Source: Antedon mediterranea
Lineage: Eukaryota > Animalia > Echinodermata
DNA length: 64,000 bases
NCBI RefSeq assembly: GCF_964355755.1
Contig: NC_092672.1
Span: forward strand, 19,481,237 to 19,545,236
Reading direction: 5' to 3'
Part shown: positions 1-12,475 of the stretch, piece by piece
Layout of the letters: every line of letters starts with the position of its first letter
Numbering within the stretch: the stretch's first letter is position 1
Notes under the pieces: model-generated
What the model was told of the DNA's origin: nothing
Databases searched by the model: none
Seen by the model: only the letters and a program-made list of their open reading frames with translations
Position numbers and translations under genes: made by a program

Positions 1-29
1 CCTTATTTATTATTTAATATTTTCAATAG

Positions 30-128
30 GATGGCGATACAGCATTAATGTGTGCTGCTCTAGCAGGTAATACAACCATCTGCCAACTGGTCTTAGATGG
101 TGGAGCTGATGTCAATATGCAGAATAAT
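30..128 (+). CDS. Ankyrin-repeat exon (one 33-aa repeat), internal coding exon
   Basis: Acceptor ttttcaatag|GAT and donor AAT|gtaagt; exactly 99 nt, phase 0-0. Translates DGDTALMCAALAGNTTICQLVLDGGADVNMQNN, matching the ANK consensus xGxTPLHxAAxxGHxxxVxxLLxxGADVN. Confidence 0.93.
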
Positions 129-1011
129 GTAAGTCATACACACAGTTTATAACATTAATTTAAACCTTCAGTGAAATAAATCAATAAATTGAAACTATTG
201 TTTTTAGAATTTAGATGCTACCACCACTATAAGACTTTAGGAAAATCATATATAATATCTCTATGGGAAGATTAATTTAGTTGACAATACACTACTGTAG
301 TATCCATGTTATTATACTATTGTAGTTATGTTATAATAATACCAATTCTCATAACAAACATATTTTAAATATATCTTGTACATTCTTAAAATGAATAGAA
401 TAACACAATACTGGTGTGTATATATAGGTCAATAAAGAAATGATGAATATTATAAGTTATAAACACATGCGTAATAACTTATTTTCTTCTTTTTTTACAA
501 ATTCTCATACTATTCTGTTTAAATTTGCAATCAAATTTTTTTATTAAGAACATGTATACTTCAAGTTACTTGTTTACACACTGTTATACCATAACATTAA
601 TATGTGTATTCAATAATATACACATTTATTTTCCATAATTCATTGCCGAATGCTGCTTTAGAAATAAAGTGTGAAATGAATTTTACACCACAGTTTTTAA
701 ATATTTTTGCTATTGATTATTAATTCCCAGGGTGCTAATTTTAGTTGACTACATAAATCATCGTGTCTATTTATTCGTTTCTGTAAATGACAATGTATTG
801 TAGTCCTGTGGTACGTACATTTGAAATCGCCAGTTTTGTTACGCTGAAATTACTGTGTATTCGAGAACCATCTGTGGGCACGATTCGCTCGCGTACCATC
901 TAGTAAAGTAAATTAAAATTGCATTTTCTCGAACTACTTGTCCAAAAAACTTCATTTTTGTACAAGAGTCAAGAGTTATTATTTGTGATTTAAAAACATA
1001 ATTAGATTTAA

Positions 1012-1637
1012 AGACCCCTTCCCTGCAATTTTGGACGTTTTTTGGAAAATAATACATATATATCACTTTAAAAACATTAAACCATGTCATTCCTTGTCTT
1101 AAATGTACGTTTTATGGTAAATTATGATAAAAAGTGAGAAACAATGCACTACCTAAGTAGCTCGCGGCGATCGACCTCTCGTGGACGGTCTCAGGCCTAG
1201 CCTAGCTAGGCTTAGTTTTGTAGGCCTAGCTGGTAAACATCGGTAACGTACGAACATCGTACGCTAGCTATATACCTAGCCTGACGTTGTATAGTTGCTG
1301 CATTAATTGTCTTTCTATTTTTGCCAGACTCCGTTGATACAAATTGGGGAACACCCGGTATTTTCGCTGAAAAGTTAGGAGTCTTCCATTTGTTTTGGCT
1401 TCACGATCGATCGAAAAGTGGGCGAATTACAGGTGAAAAACAAAAATATCAATCCGCGCGCAATGCATTTTGGGATTTATAGCGGGCCGCTATAATTATT
1501 AAAATCGATTTATTTTTCACATTTTTAACCGTTTAAAGACGAAAAAAGTTATCGCAATAGGACCATATAGTATTATTTTTACATTAAATATAGTTTGTGA
1601 TCTTAAATTAGATCTAAAAAACGTAGGGAATGGGGCT
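1012..1637. mobile_element. Non-autonomous TTAA-target DNA transposon (Kolobok-like MITE)
   Basis: TTAA on both sides (1008-1011, 1638-1641). Imperfect TIRs AGACCCCTTCCCTGC / GTAGGGAATGGGGCT. AG...CT termini with a TTAA TSD fit Kolobok rather than piggyBac. Confidence 0.7.
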
Positions 1638-3590
1638 TTAATATACAGGTTTTTTGATGCGAGTAGTTGAAAAGGCTTATTTCTTTTCAAATTCACCCGT
1701 GTGTTTTTCGCGTTGCTGTTCTATTGTTAGTCAACTGAAGCTATTGTTAATTGAAAGGCGGGTTACATAACCTTTACACCAAACTCGCATACACATGCTT
1801 GTAGTGAAATTAGCCTAAATCACACACAGCATTATAAGACACACACTTTCCGGTGACTAAATCTGATGTAGAAGAATTTTACAGTAGGCGGAGGTATGCA
1901 CTCTCGGAGTGTCTTCCTAGTTGTTTATGTGCATACTGTAGTAGGCTACATAATAAGCAGCTCTTAGCACGATCAATTGATTGTCTACAAGATTCCAATT
2001 GTACAACTCTGTCAATAACCAATGCTAATTACATATAATTCAAGCAGGCAATAGATAACAGAATTGTTTCTATGAATTAAAATGCCCACATCAAATATCC
2101 AACACAAGTAACAGATTTAATGTCTAAAGTATCATCTCTTTAAAGCCTTACCGAAGAGATTTTTAGTCATATTCTCTGACAACATACATAGATGAAAAGG
2201 TATAGCATGTACTGTATAATGAACACAATGATGATGAAAACAATTATGAAGTATCATATCAAGAAGATATATACTGTCACACTTTGTAATAAACAATGCA
2301 CTTTATAACAAGTTTGTATCACTTCGGAATAACCTGTCACTTTGTAACTAATAATTTGTGTGAGAAGTGTGATAATTACAGGATATTACAACAATAGTGA
2401 AACAGTAAAACAGGATTATATACAAACAATGAGGACATTTTTAATTTAAATAAATGTTCAATATGATTTATAAAGTTTTATTGTGAGACAAATTTCATTA
2501 TTATAATATCATATAGCATTCCATTATTCTGTACATTTTCATCAATTTTATCTCCAATAAAGTAATGTTTTTACTTATCTATAGTAGAAGGTATGTGATG
2601 TATGATATGTACGCCTATTTTTAATAATAGGATTAGGAGGACCAAATCATCAATAGTTGCAAATTGTTAAAAAATGTTGAGTCTAATTTAATTTTTCATG
2701 TTCAATCACAGCTAATGCTATAAGATCATAGAGGTAATCATTGTATTTAACTACTGTGGAGTAGCTTTGTGTCACTTATTACTGTTCTATTGATCAGATC
2801 ACAGTACATAATATCTCTGATTAAAGTGAATTTATTTGTTTCATAATGATTCCTCTACATACTGATCTTAATAAAAATGTCATGATGACAATTAATTCAT
2901 TAGATAAACACACACACACACACATTAAAGTAAATCTGATAAATTGTTGTCTAATGTAAATTATTTTCAAATGTCAAATAGATCTAACGTCATTCTAACA
3001 GTTTTGTTTCATTTGCTTCTTTATTGTCAATTATTAATATTATTTTTTTTGGGTGCATATTATATACAGTACATACATAAATCATTTATATTGCACCTTA
3101 TCAAAATATTTCAAAGCATATCACAGATAACTAAAACTAAATAGTAAAAAAAAAGAATGTCAAATATTTTGTCTGCTATTTTTTGCCTTAAATAGTTTTG
3201 CTTTATTTATTTTCTTTGGCCTTATATTTATTTTGATCAATATTCTATCTATGCATATAGAACAAACAAAATGCCATAAGTAAGAAGCAATTTTTATTAA
3301 CCGATAGAAGCATAATGTATATTTTCAAATGTAAAACAAATCGGAATAGCTCACACAAAACAACAAATTGTACATGTTTTATAAAACAATATTTAAAAAT
3401 GTATTGTTTAGAAAATTAACTGAAGACATTGTTGTGGGTAAATAGGACAAGTAGATCAGAATGCAAGATAATCATTTATTATTCAATAGTTGTATAAAAC
3501 TATAAGATATTTAATCATTTTATTGTATTACGTATTAACATGTTGTACTGTATGTTTTGTAATATTGTTAATGTTTAATATATTCAATAG

Positions 3591-3677
3591 AATGGTCATA
3601 CAGCATTACATGTTGCTGCTCAAGTGGGCAGTACTGAAATCTGCAATCAGATATGCCTGCATGGCGCAAAATGTTAA
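3591..3677 (+). pseudogene. Damaged ankyrin-repeat exon (premature stop, donor GT lost)
   Basis: Acceptor tattcaatag|AAT; reads NGHTALHVAAQVGSTEICNQICLHGAKC*. Downstream 'aaataagtcatacattc' matches the donor flank 'aatgtaagtcatacac' of the first exon but lacks the G of GT. Confidence 0.8.
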
Positions 3678-5448
3678 AAATAAGTCATACATTCATTATT
3701 ATTCATTATATGTTAATCTGAAATTTCACTCTTTATTTTACTTATAATCGAATAACATTCTTAAAATGTTTAAAAAAAACCAGAATTGATCAATAAATGT
3801 GTAATAATATGCCAAAATAGTATGAATAATTTTATTCTGAAATAATTATGAACAACACTTATTATTTGTATCAAATAAAATTCTCAAAATCATCTATTAA
3901 AACTTGTAATGAACTGTTTGTATTAGCAAATGCACTTCACGTTTGTGCAGGCATGATCTTATATACACATAAAACACAATATTTTTGATGTGAGTAAAAG
4001 ATTTCATCATTCAATGCTAAAATGAGAACTTGAATTGTACAACACAGTTTTTAAATGTTTGTTATTTTATTTCATTTCATTTATTCATTCGACCAATAAA
4101 CAGATACAGAACAGAACAAAGCACATGGTCATTGGCAAATAAAGCAAAACAATTACTATAACCGCCCTGGCTTTTAAACACGATGTAGCTCTCGTTCTGC
4201 GAAGCCTAGCAACTAACGAAAAACAGTGACGTAAAGCTTGAAAATCCCCTTATAGAATATTACACCATCTTTTGTGCCTTCTATTTGCATAAGCGATGTT
4301 TAGGTAGTAATACGCAGGGTGGTTTTGGGCGCTTTAGGTGCTAAAGGGGTAAAGAGCAATTAAGACATACTGTAAATTAAAACAACAAAATACAAAAAAT
4401 ATTGCACCAAGTAAAACATTTGTACAAGCTTACTAAAAAGTCTCTTAGTATAAGGGACCTATACATAAATATACAAAATTAAATAATTAAAAGATTAATA
4501 ATCGGTTATTGAAAATTTAACTACTGTAATATAATAGAAGTTGCCTTAACATAGTAGCACAAATTAAATTGTAAATTTTGATTAAAATCTTTATTAACTC
4601 TAGGTCCTGTATATTTAAAGCATAACGGAACAAAATTTCCTTTTTTTTAAAAGAGCAAAATAGACATAAATTGGCATTTCTCAACATTGAGACAATTGAG
4701 AATAGAGTTGTAGCTTGATGATTAAGACGGTCGGCTAGCAATCTAAGGGTCCTGTGTTGCATGTTTTTAAGAATAAAAACTTATTTCATTGTATCCTATA
4801 ACTTTTTTAAACATTGATGCTTTCAAGTAAATTTAAAACAATTATTGGATGGATATTGTAATTGAAGACTATCTAAGTTGTAATCCGGCAGATGCGGACA
4901 TTCAGGCGACCCTTGTGAATCACAAACGTTAAAGAGTGAAAAAGTTCATTAAATGATGAAGCCTTGTCATAAACAGTAGAATTGAAGCAATTTTATGATA
5001 CATTACAGAAGGATAATCACTAGGTTTATTTTTACATTTCATCTGACTCCAAAATCTTATTTGTACAGTAGGCCTTGTATTTTTAGCTAAAGAATATATT
5101 TACGCTGACAGTAAAGTATCTCGAGCAAACTTTAAATTATTTTTTGTCATTTCTTAAAATATAAAAACAAAAAAACAGGCCAATGTTATTAAATTATAAA
5201 AAACCTGTTATTGTAAGTTAATTTATACTAGAGTGTACATGAGCAAAGCAGGCCTACCCTATAAAAATGAATAAATAATATATTAAGATTTAATGACAAT
5301 TTTTGACAAAATGGGTTTTATTACATGATATACCAAAATATGAGCCCATATTATTAACATGATAATATTATGAACAATTTCAAATTTTTTTGTGGTTGTT
5401 GTGCTTTGTATAGCAAATTTTGAAATGTCTTAAATTATCACCTATAAC

Positions 5449-5980
5449 AAGTGTTATAACGTTCGTAAAAGCCAGTTACTTATTCGTCGTAGAGGGCGTA
5501 GATGCAAACAAGTTTGCTGAACTGGGGTGGCAAATGGTAAAGTAGGTCATGGGTGATCGATTCATAGTAAATTAAAAAAAAAAAAATTAAGTATGTCAAG
5601 TGTTATAACGTTCATAAAAGCCAGTTACTTATAGAGGACGTAGATGCAAAAAAGTTTGCGGAACTGGGGTGGCAAATCGTAAAGTAGGTCAAGGGTGATT
5701 GATTTATACCAACATTTTTGAAAAAATTAAGTAGGTAAAGTGTTATAACGTACGTAAAGCCAGTTTCTTATTCACCGTAGAGGGCGTAGATGCAAAAAAG
5801 TTCGCGGAACTAGGGTGGCAAATGGTAAAGTAGGTCAAGGGATACCAAAATATGTTGAAAATATTAAGTAGGTCAAGTGTTATAATGTCCATAAAAGCTA
5901 GTTACTTATTCGCCGTAGAGGGCGTAAATGCATAAAATGTTATTGAACTTTGACCGGAAGAAGTAGAGGAGGTCAAGGCT
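5449..5980. repeat. Tandem repeat, ~140-bp unit, ~4 copies, probably internal to a non-autonomous DNA element
   Basis: Units start aagtgttataac at 5449, 5598, 5738 and 5875. Downstream 6130-6510 resembles 27065-27410 (cccagctcaaa.ggcgctagc; gaaaggtatt...tttggatatc). Confidence 0.8.
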
Positions 5981-7358
5981 AACATGTTGATGCAATAACC
6001 ACTCAATTAGATAGTTATTACATATTAAAATCTGTTTTTAAAAATATTTGTCACTGTCCCTTTAATTCAATTTGAATAAGGAACTAGGAACTAGTAACCA
6101 ACTTCACAGACATAGCATTCGACAGCTTGTAAAAAAATTGGTCAAAAACACATTTTTCGCACAAACTTGCTGTTTTAACATAGCTTAATAGATAAAGGGG
6201 AATCAAACGGTGCCCCAGCTCAAAAGGCGCTAGCTATCAGTCTTCTGGTTTAGGAAGAGTCAGAGTAACACATTTTAAGTTTTGTAATATAGATTGGTTT
6301 GCTACTCATCATTATAGTCATTGTTGGTCAATATTTGCCTACTTTTGGGTTATTTAAAATTGGTTATTGATTTTGTCTTTTAAATTTAAATTGTCTTTAA
6401 ATAAAAGTTAAATTGTGCGTAGTGCTGCCAATTTGAAAGGTATTCAAATCAATTCTAAGACTAGAAATCTGTTTGGATATCATAGATGAAATACCCCTTG
6501 TAGCATTTCAAAGATATCATTTTTGATAAATGAATTTGACAATTATTGAAACCATTAGAGATCAGATGGTCATCAAACTTATATAAATAAAAAATGGAAA
6601 AACCAATACAATAGATCTTTAGTCTGCTTTATGGCATATTTAACTGTCTGCTGACTGCATATTTAAACATTGATGATTGTTAGAATTCAAATTATTAATG
6701 GTGGGCTTATACTTAACATGTAGGTCTACTTTACTGTGAAAACAGGATGCTGGTCAACTCATCACTAAAATACTTTGATAACAAATAGGATATCAAGACT
6801 TAAATATTATGAAGAGGGAAGCTTGAATGCCACTATTATTCCAAAATAGGGATAGGCTGCTGTGTAGTGTTTATATGACATGTTCAGTTTTTAAATTCAC
6901 TAGTAAATAATAAACCTTCTTAGTTTCTGTCTAATAGCATTACTGCTAATGCAGCATATTAAAGTTTAAATTTCTAAATTAGATAATTTATTGTACTATA
7001 CATCACAGCCACTGATCATAACTGGGCCCTCTTGGAGACCAATCTTTGACTGAAGAGGTTGCCCAGTATAAACAAAATATTTTAATTTCAATAATGACAC
7101 GTCAACCAGTAATTTTGATCAAAACAAATTTAAGGCAAATGTACTGTACATTACTTTACATATAGTCTACTCGCCCTAATTTGCTAAACATTTTAGCAGC
7201 TAGAAATATTGCCACATAATTTTTTTTGGGTAAAAAATGTGTATTTTTTTTTTTCGTCCAATGTTGAGAGTGGCCTAACAACAATGAAATCCATAAATTA
7301 TAAATAATTACAACATTGTTTTTCATATGTATGGACAATGGTGTTTATAACCCTTTAA

Positions 7359-9250
7359 AGGGGGGTTCCGGGTTTAAAATGAATAGTAAAAAATGTAAAA
7401 TATATTTGTTTGTCTCTTGAACGGTAAAAGTTTCAATTTATATAAGCGCCCAGTGAAGCAGAACGAAGGCTGTGAAATGAGGCCAGATTACAAGTGCAGC
7501 TACGGCGATATGACACTGTGTTACAGAATAGGAAATTCGTGAAATGGTCAATCTTCCGACGACTCGTTATCATTAACCATATCAATTACTTTTGTAAAAT
7601 TATACTTATCTGATGTAATTTTAGTCGGTCTTCCCATTTATAAAGTCAATGTTCTATGAAAATTCATCAAAACAGTGAAAAATTAGATATGTTTGCACTT
7701 TACGTTTGCCGATTTTCGCACTGACTTAGGGAAAGCCTTCAAAATCAATGAAGCGTAACGTATACATTCCTGCTGAGCGAGAGGAGAGCGAGACGACGAT
7801 ACACGTGCTTTACCTGCCCATGCCTGGCATCGTCACGTGATAAGCAGATACAGTATACAATACCAAACTGGTCGGGTCGAGTATACCCCGTCTATAATTA
7901 CAACATGAACGATGTACAGTATTTGATTGAAGGTCGACTCGACCTACCGGAATGGTATAGATAATATAGTATTATATACTATACTGTATATGAAACCATT
8001 TCAATATTAACTATCATGATAATTTTAATATCGTCATCAACAAATATTTTTGTTACTACTTCCTCTTTATGTATATATATATAAATATATTTAACTAAAA
8101 TGTATCAACTCATGTCAGACAAATATTGCCACAGTATATAGTACTAATTTTAATTCAAATTAGCTTAAGTATCCGTATCCGTCATTTTATGTTAATTGTG
8201 TTCAATATGGATGCACCACTTCCTGTGTGTGCCACCGATGTAAAGGTGCAATTTCCAAATAAATTGATTGATTGATTGATAGCTCGAATGAGAGAGTTGG
8301 AATATTTGTAAACATAAGTATTGCTAATTTTAAGAAGTGTAGCCTAGTAAAAGGCCTGGTAGTATCAATTCGCATAGGGTCTACTACACTAGCTAGCTCA
8401 ATTTTTAACTGGGCCGGATCGGCTATACCTAGTACTTGGTCTACTTGCTTGATGCAGTAGTATCCGCTTTTTTGGAGAGTAAACTAGGCCTCTAGGCCTA
8501 TTTTAGGCCTACTTAGACGATCAGGACACCATACGTGCGGACGGCGATATTTACAGCCGATTTTGTAGAATGTTTTAGGTTTAGATTGTTTAGGAGTTTG
8601 GTTGATAGGATGGGTTTGGAATCCACTGAGTTTTGTTATTTATGGGCCAATCGTTTAGTAGTGGGCCAATCGTTTAGTAGTAGGCTAGCTAGGCCCATGG
8701 GCCCCAATGTTTTAGTCAGAATGGCTCTCACCCATGAAAAAAAATGATTTAGGCTAGGCCTAGCCCAGTACGTGAAGCCGATAATACGATCTGTACTATT
8801 CGAGGTATAAAAATAGTATATTGTGACTCCGTAATCTTTACTAAATTTGTATTTCATTAAATGTCAAATAAATATATGCTACTACTGTTATTATTACACT
8901 TTAGGCCTAGCTTAGAAAATCTACAAAAAATGTATTTCACAATGATCGGGTGGTCGTCGTTTGACAGGGGAGAGAGATGTAAATTTAGTTGACAAACACA
9001 ACGTACATGACGTCGCGAGTTTGGAATCCACTGATGACGTGATTTTGTGAATATCTCATGAATATTAATGAGCTTCCCTAAGCTGCTGAAAAACAGACTT
9101 TCCATGAATTTACCCTAAAATGTATATGAAATTTTATTTTTTTAATATCTCGTTATTATTTCTTCATTCTGACATGTCTATATTGTTATAATATTTTTTA
9201 TTTAATAAATAAACGATATTTAAAAGCAATTTTAAACCCAGAATCCCCCT
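7359..9250. mobile_element. Kolobok-like non-autonomous DNA transposon, copy 1
   Basis: TTAA at 7355-7358 and 9251-9254. TIRs AGGGGGGTTCCGGGTTTAAAAT / ATTTTAAACCCAGAATCCCCCT. An inverted paralogue lies at 14571-16266. Confidence 0.85.
7970..8278 (+). mobile_element. Short retroposon 3' end inserted in Kolobok-like copy 1
   Basis: Absent from the paralogous element (which reads gataatatagctcg); flanked by atag repeats; ends in AATAAA followed by an (ATTG)n tail. Confidence 0.6.
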
Positions 9251-9979
9251 TTAATTAACCCCACATTTCATAGGATACATACTGTACAGTACAAACAATG
9301 GCATAGACTCGACATTAGGATGTTTTTTCACTGACAGAATTAACTTGGATTTATAGATTCAACAGCAAAGTGAAGTTCTCGTTCATGTTTTATGCCACAA
9401 ATTCAGACCACTGGTTCCTTCTGAGCATGCACAATACTATTGTGTCATCATCTCCAATGAATCTTTGCTTACAAGAAATCAAAGTGGTTCTGAAGCGGGT
9501 TGATTTGACAGATTTCCATGTTAATTCATTGCTCCTTGCTTATTCTTAGTAATATTGTAATACGTCAACACAACTTCTGTAACACAAGGCAAACTAGTGC
9601 TGATCTATTGATACTAACACTAAGAAATCTTCTGACAGACTCTGAGCTGGTTTATATCCATTGTTAATCTAATTTGTTTTCATTCTGAATTGTCTGACTT
9701 GGCATAACCATCAGGTATGCAAATAACCATCTGGTATGCAAACACAATAATCAAAGGAAGTGTCCTCATTATCACATTACCTGTACAAATTGTTGTACTT
9801 TATTATTAGGAATTTAAAAGAGAAAAAAATGTTACCTTTGAGTTTGTTTTTTTAAATTACAGTATAACAAAGTTTACTAAAATACAGTATGACTCTGAGA
9901 ATAAGAACATGATGTTTGGTATGATAATTATCTATACTATGTGAAATATAATAACCTCTATGTGCTTAATATTTTAACC

Positions 9980-10048
9980 CAAGCTGGTCACAACCTCATA
10001 TGTATGTGCCTGATCAAGGCAGGATCAGATGTGAATGTTGCAAGTGAT
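9980..10048 (+). pseudogene. 5'-truncated relic ankyrin exon
   Basis: Reads QAGHNLICMCLIKAGSDVNVASD (C-terminal 23 aa of an ANK repeat), followed by donor-like gtaaagtcatat. The GxTALH part is missing. Confidence 0.7.
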
Positions 10049-11622
10049 GTAAAGTCATATATTTAACAAAATATAATAACTTTTTTTTCCAATTTAAAAA
10101 GTCTAGATTCATTTTTCATAAAATCTACAAATTGGAGTAGTAAAGATTTTGTCTGATTTAATGTTGTAATTATAGATACAAAATCTTCACTCATCTTAAA
10201 CCTTATTTATTATATTAATGATTTACATTAATACATACTGTATACAACAAATACAATACATTAGTTTATATTTTTTAATGACAGGTTTGTCAAATATAAT
10301 TGTGGCACATTTCAACAAATTACAGCATATAATTACTGTAGATAAAACCAAATTACATTTGCTCATAAGAGCATTATTGTTCTACGGATGTGCCTTGAAA
10401 GCTTTGGTCTTTGCTCTATCGCCCTACTGTACACCATCTCTTGTAGTATAATATCCCACTACCCGGCCTGTGTTAAATATAAAGGCCTCCATGTATACTA
10501 ATTCATATTATATTTACCTGTTTCAAATGAAAAAAATGGATAGCTAAACTGTTTTAAATTTAAAGAAATGCAGAGAATAATTTGCAAGCATCATAATTAT
10601 ATTTGAACATAATGAACATAACTACCTAAAAGGTAGTCTTCTTATTGTACCTTTTTAATATCCTAGATGTGGGTAAAGTACTTTACAAGAATCCTCTCTC
10701 ACTTCTCATCTATTGTGCTGGCATACATATTTTATTTGTTTTATTCTTTGACTTTATTTATATATTATCTTTCATTTACATTTAAGCCATTATTTGAAAA
10801 CATTTTCTTATCTTATTTTATGCAATGTTATTATATTCTTCAATTTAAAGTTATGATGTTGATGTTTTCAACAACAGCTAGCTATAGAAAGAAAGTTGAT
10901 TGAATATAATTATATGTAAATTTTTCAGAAAATTCAGTCGATGATCACTGGTTTAAAAAAAATATAAATTTAATACAGTATTTAAAATGAATTAATGAAA
11001 AAAATTATGTATTTCTTCAATGGCTGCAAATGGTAACTGGCTGCAGACCTCTTAATTTATTTTAAAGTCAGGTTTTTCAAAATGTCCTCAACTTTGTCAA
11101 TAAATGATCCAATATTGTGAAATAAGTAAATTTATTCTAATTTTAGCTTTTAATTATGTGAAAATCAGTCTCATACTTAGTAACTTTATCAAAATTAAAG
11201 AAAAGATTGACATGATTATTTTTTTTATCACGAGAGCATAACGGTGTATTACTACTAGCAAGTTTTTAAAGGAAATAATGTTCCTCAAATTGTCTAGACT
11301 ATAAAACAAGTCCTATAGTATAACAATTTGTCCTGATCAATTTTAAATTTGAGTGTTAAATAAAACTTGTCTGCTAAATCTAAAACTTAGTTTTCTTCAT
11401 CTCTCTGAAATAAAACATTGTTTGAATGCCTTTCTGATGAATTTGACAGTAAAACAAATGTAATGTCATTGCAAACCATTGTTTATATCACCATGGTTAT
11501 AAGGACAGTTTTAAAGAAAACTGAATAGGCCAAATTTGTTTTGTTACGTTTTGTGTCCAGGATTTGAATGTACAAAATATGTGAAAGATGGTCGTACAGC
11601 TCAGATGTGTTTACATACCATA

Positions 11623-12475
11623 GGCCCCGTTTCTGCTGCCAATCCCAAATATACCGTATAAATATACCGTATATATACCGTATATGAAATTCGTGCACCG
11701 TTTCCGCTGCACATACTTCGTGGGTGGGCTGTAAAAAAAGTTGGCTTTCATTACCCAAAATGCATTTTGTGAGACGGAAGTATGGATTGACCTAGAGTCT
11801 CGTGTAGTGAGGTTACATGACAAAAACAAAACAATGATGGTTTCTCAAAACGTCTTAGCATTGCTTTCTATTTTAAATCTAATGAGCAGAAGTGGCAACG
11901 AATTTACATCGCACAAACAATCTAGAAATGTAGAATGGGCATTGACTACAGTACATCCATGCAAAGAAGACGACGACATTTGCCGATAACTTTGGCGTTA
12001 TTAAGTCTACCACAAATTCTGCTTTTATTTTGTTTGAGATACTTTTGTAAATCTCGGTATCTCTTCTGTTGCCATGTAGTCTCCCCCCAACCTTCGCTTC
12101 TCCCCACAATTGAATTGCAAAAATAGTTATTTCTTCAGTCCACATTGATATTTTGATCTGTTGCTTGCTTATTATACACGTGTGTCAATGCAGCAGAAAA
12201 ACCAAACAAACGCGTCACGCTCTGTTAGTTTTTGAGCTCGTGTCATGGGCCGGGTCACATATACGGTATATTTTGATTGCAGCAGAAACGGGGTACGAAA
12301 TATACAGTACGGTATATTTTGGAATATACCGTATAATATCCACAAACGATGGGGATATTTATGCGGTATATATACCGCATATATATACGGTATATTTTTT
12401 ATGAGACCCATTTCTGCTGCCAAAAAATATACCGTATATAAAATATACCGTATATATACGGTATATGAGTGCGTA
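11623..12475 (-). mobile_element. PIF/Harbinger-like element with Myb/SANT-like DNA-binding ORF remnant
   Basis: Terminus GGCCCCGTTTCTGCTGCC and inverted GCAGCAGAAACGGGG near 12279; many subterminal ATATACCGTAT repeats. Minus-strand ORF 12145-> WTEEITIFAIQLWGEAKVGGRLHGNRRDTEIYKSISNKI resembles the Myb/SANT-like (trihelix) domain of Harbinger ORF2. Confidence 0.7.

Noticed and set aside
4708-4765. tRNA-like head
   Set aside because: B box degenerate and no cloverleaf; at most an old SINE fragment.
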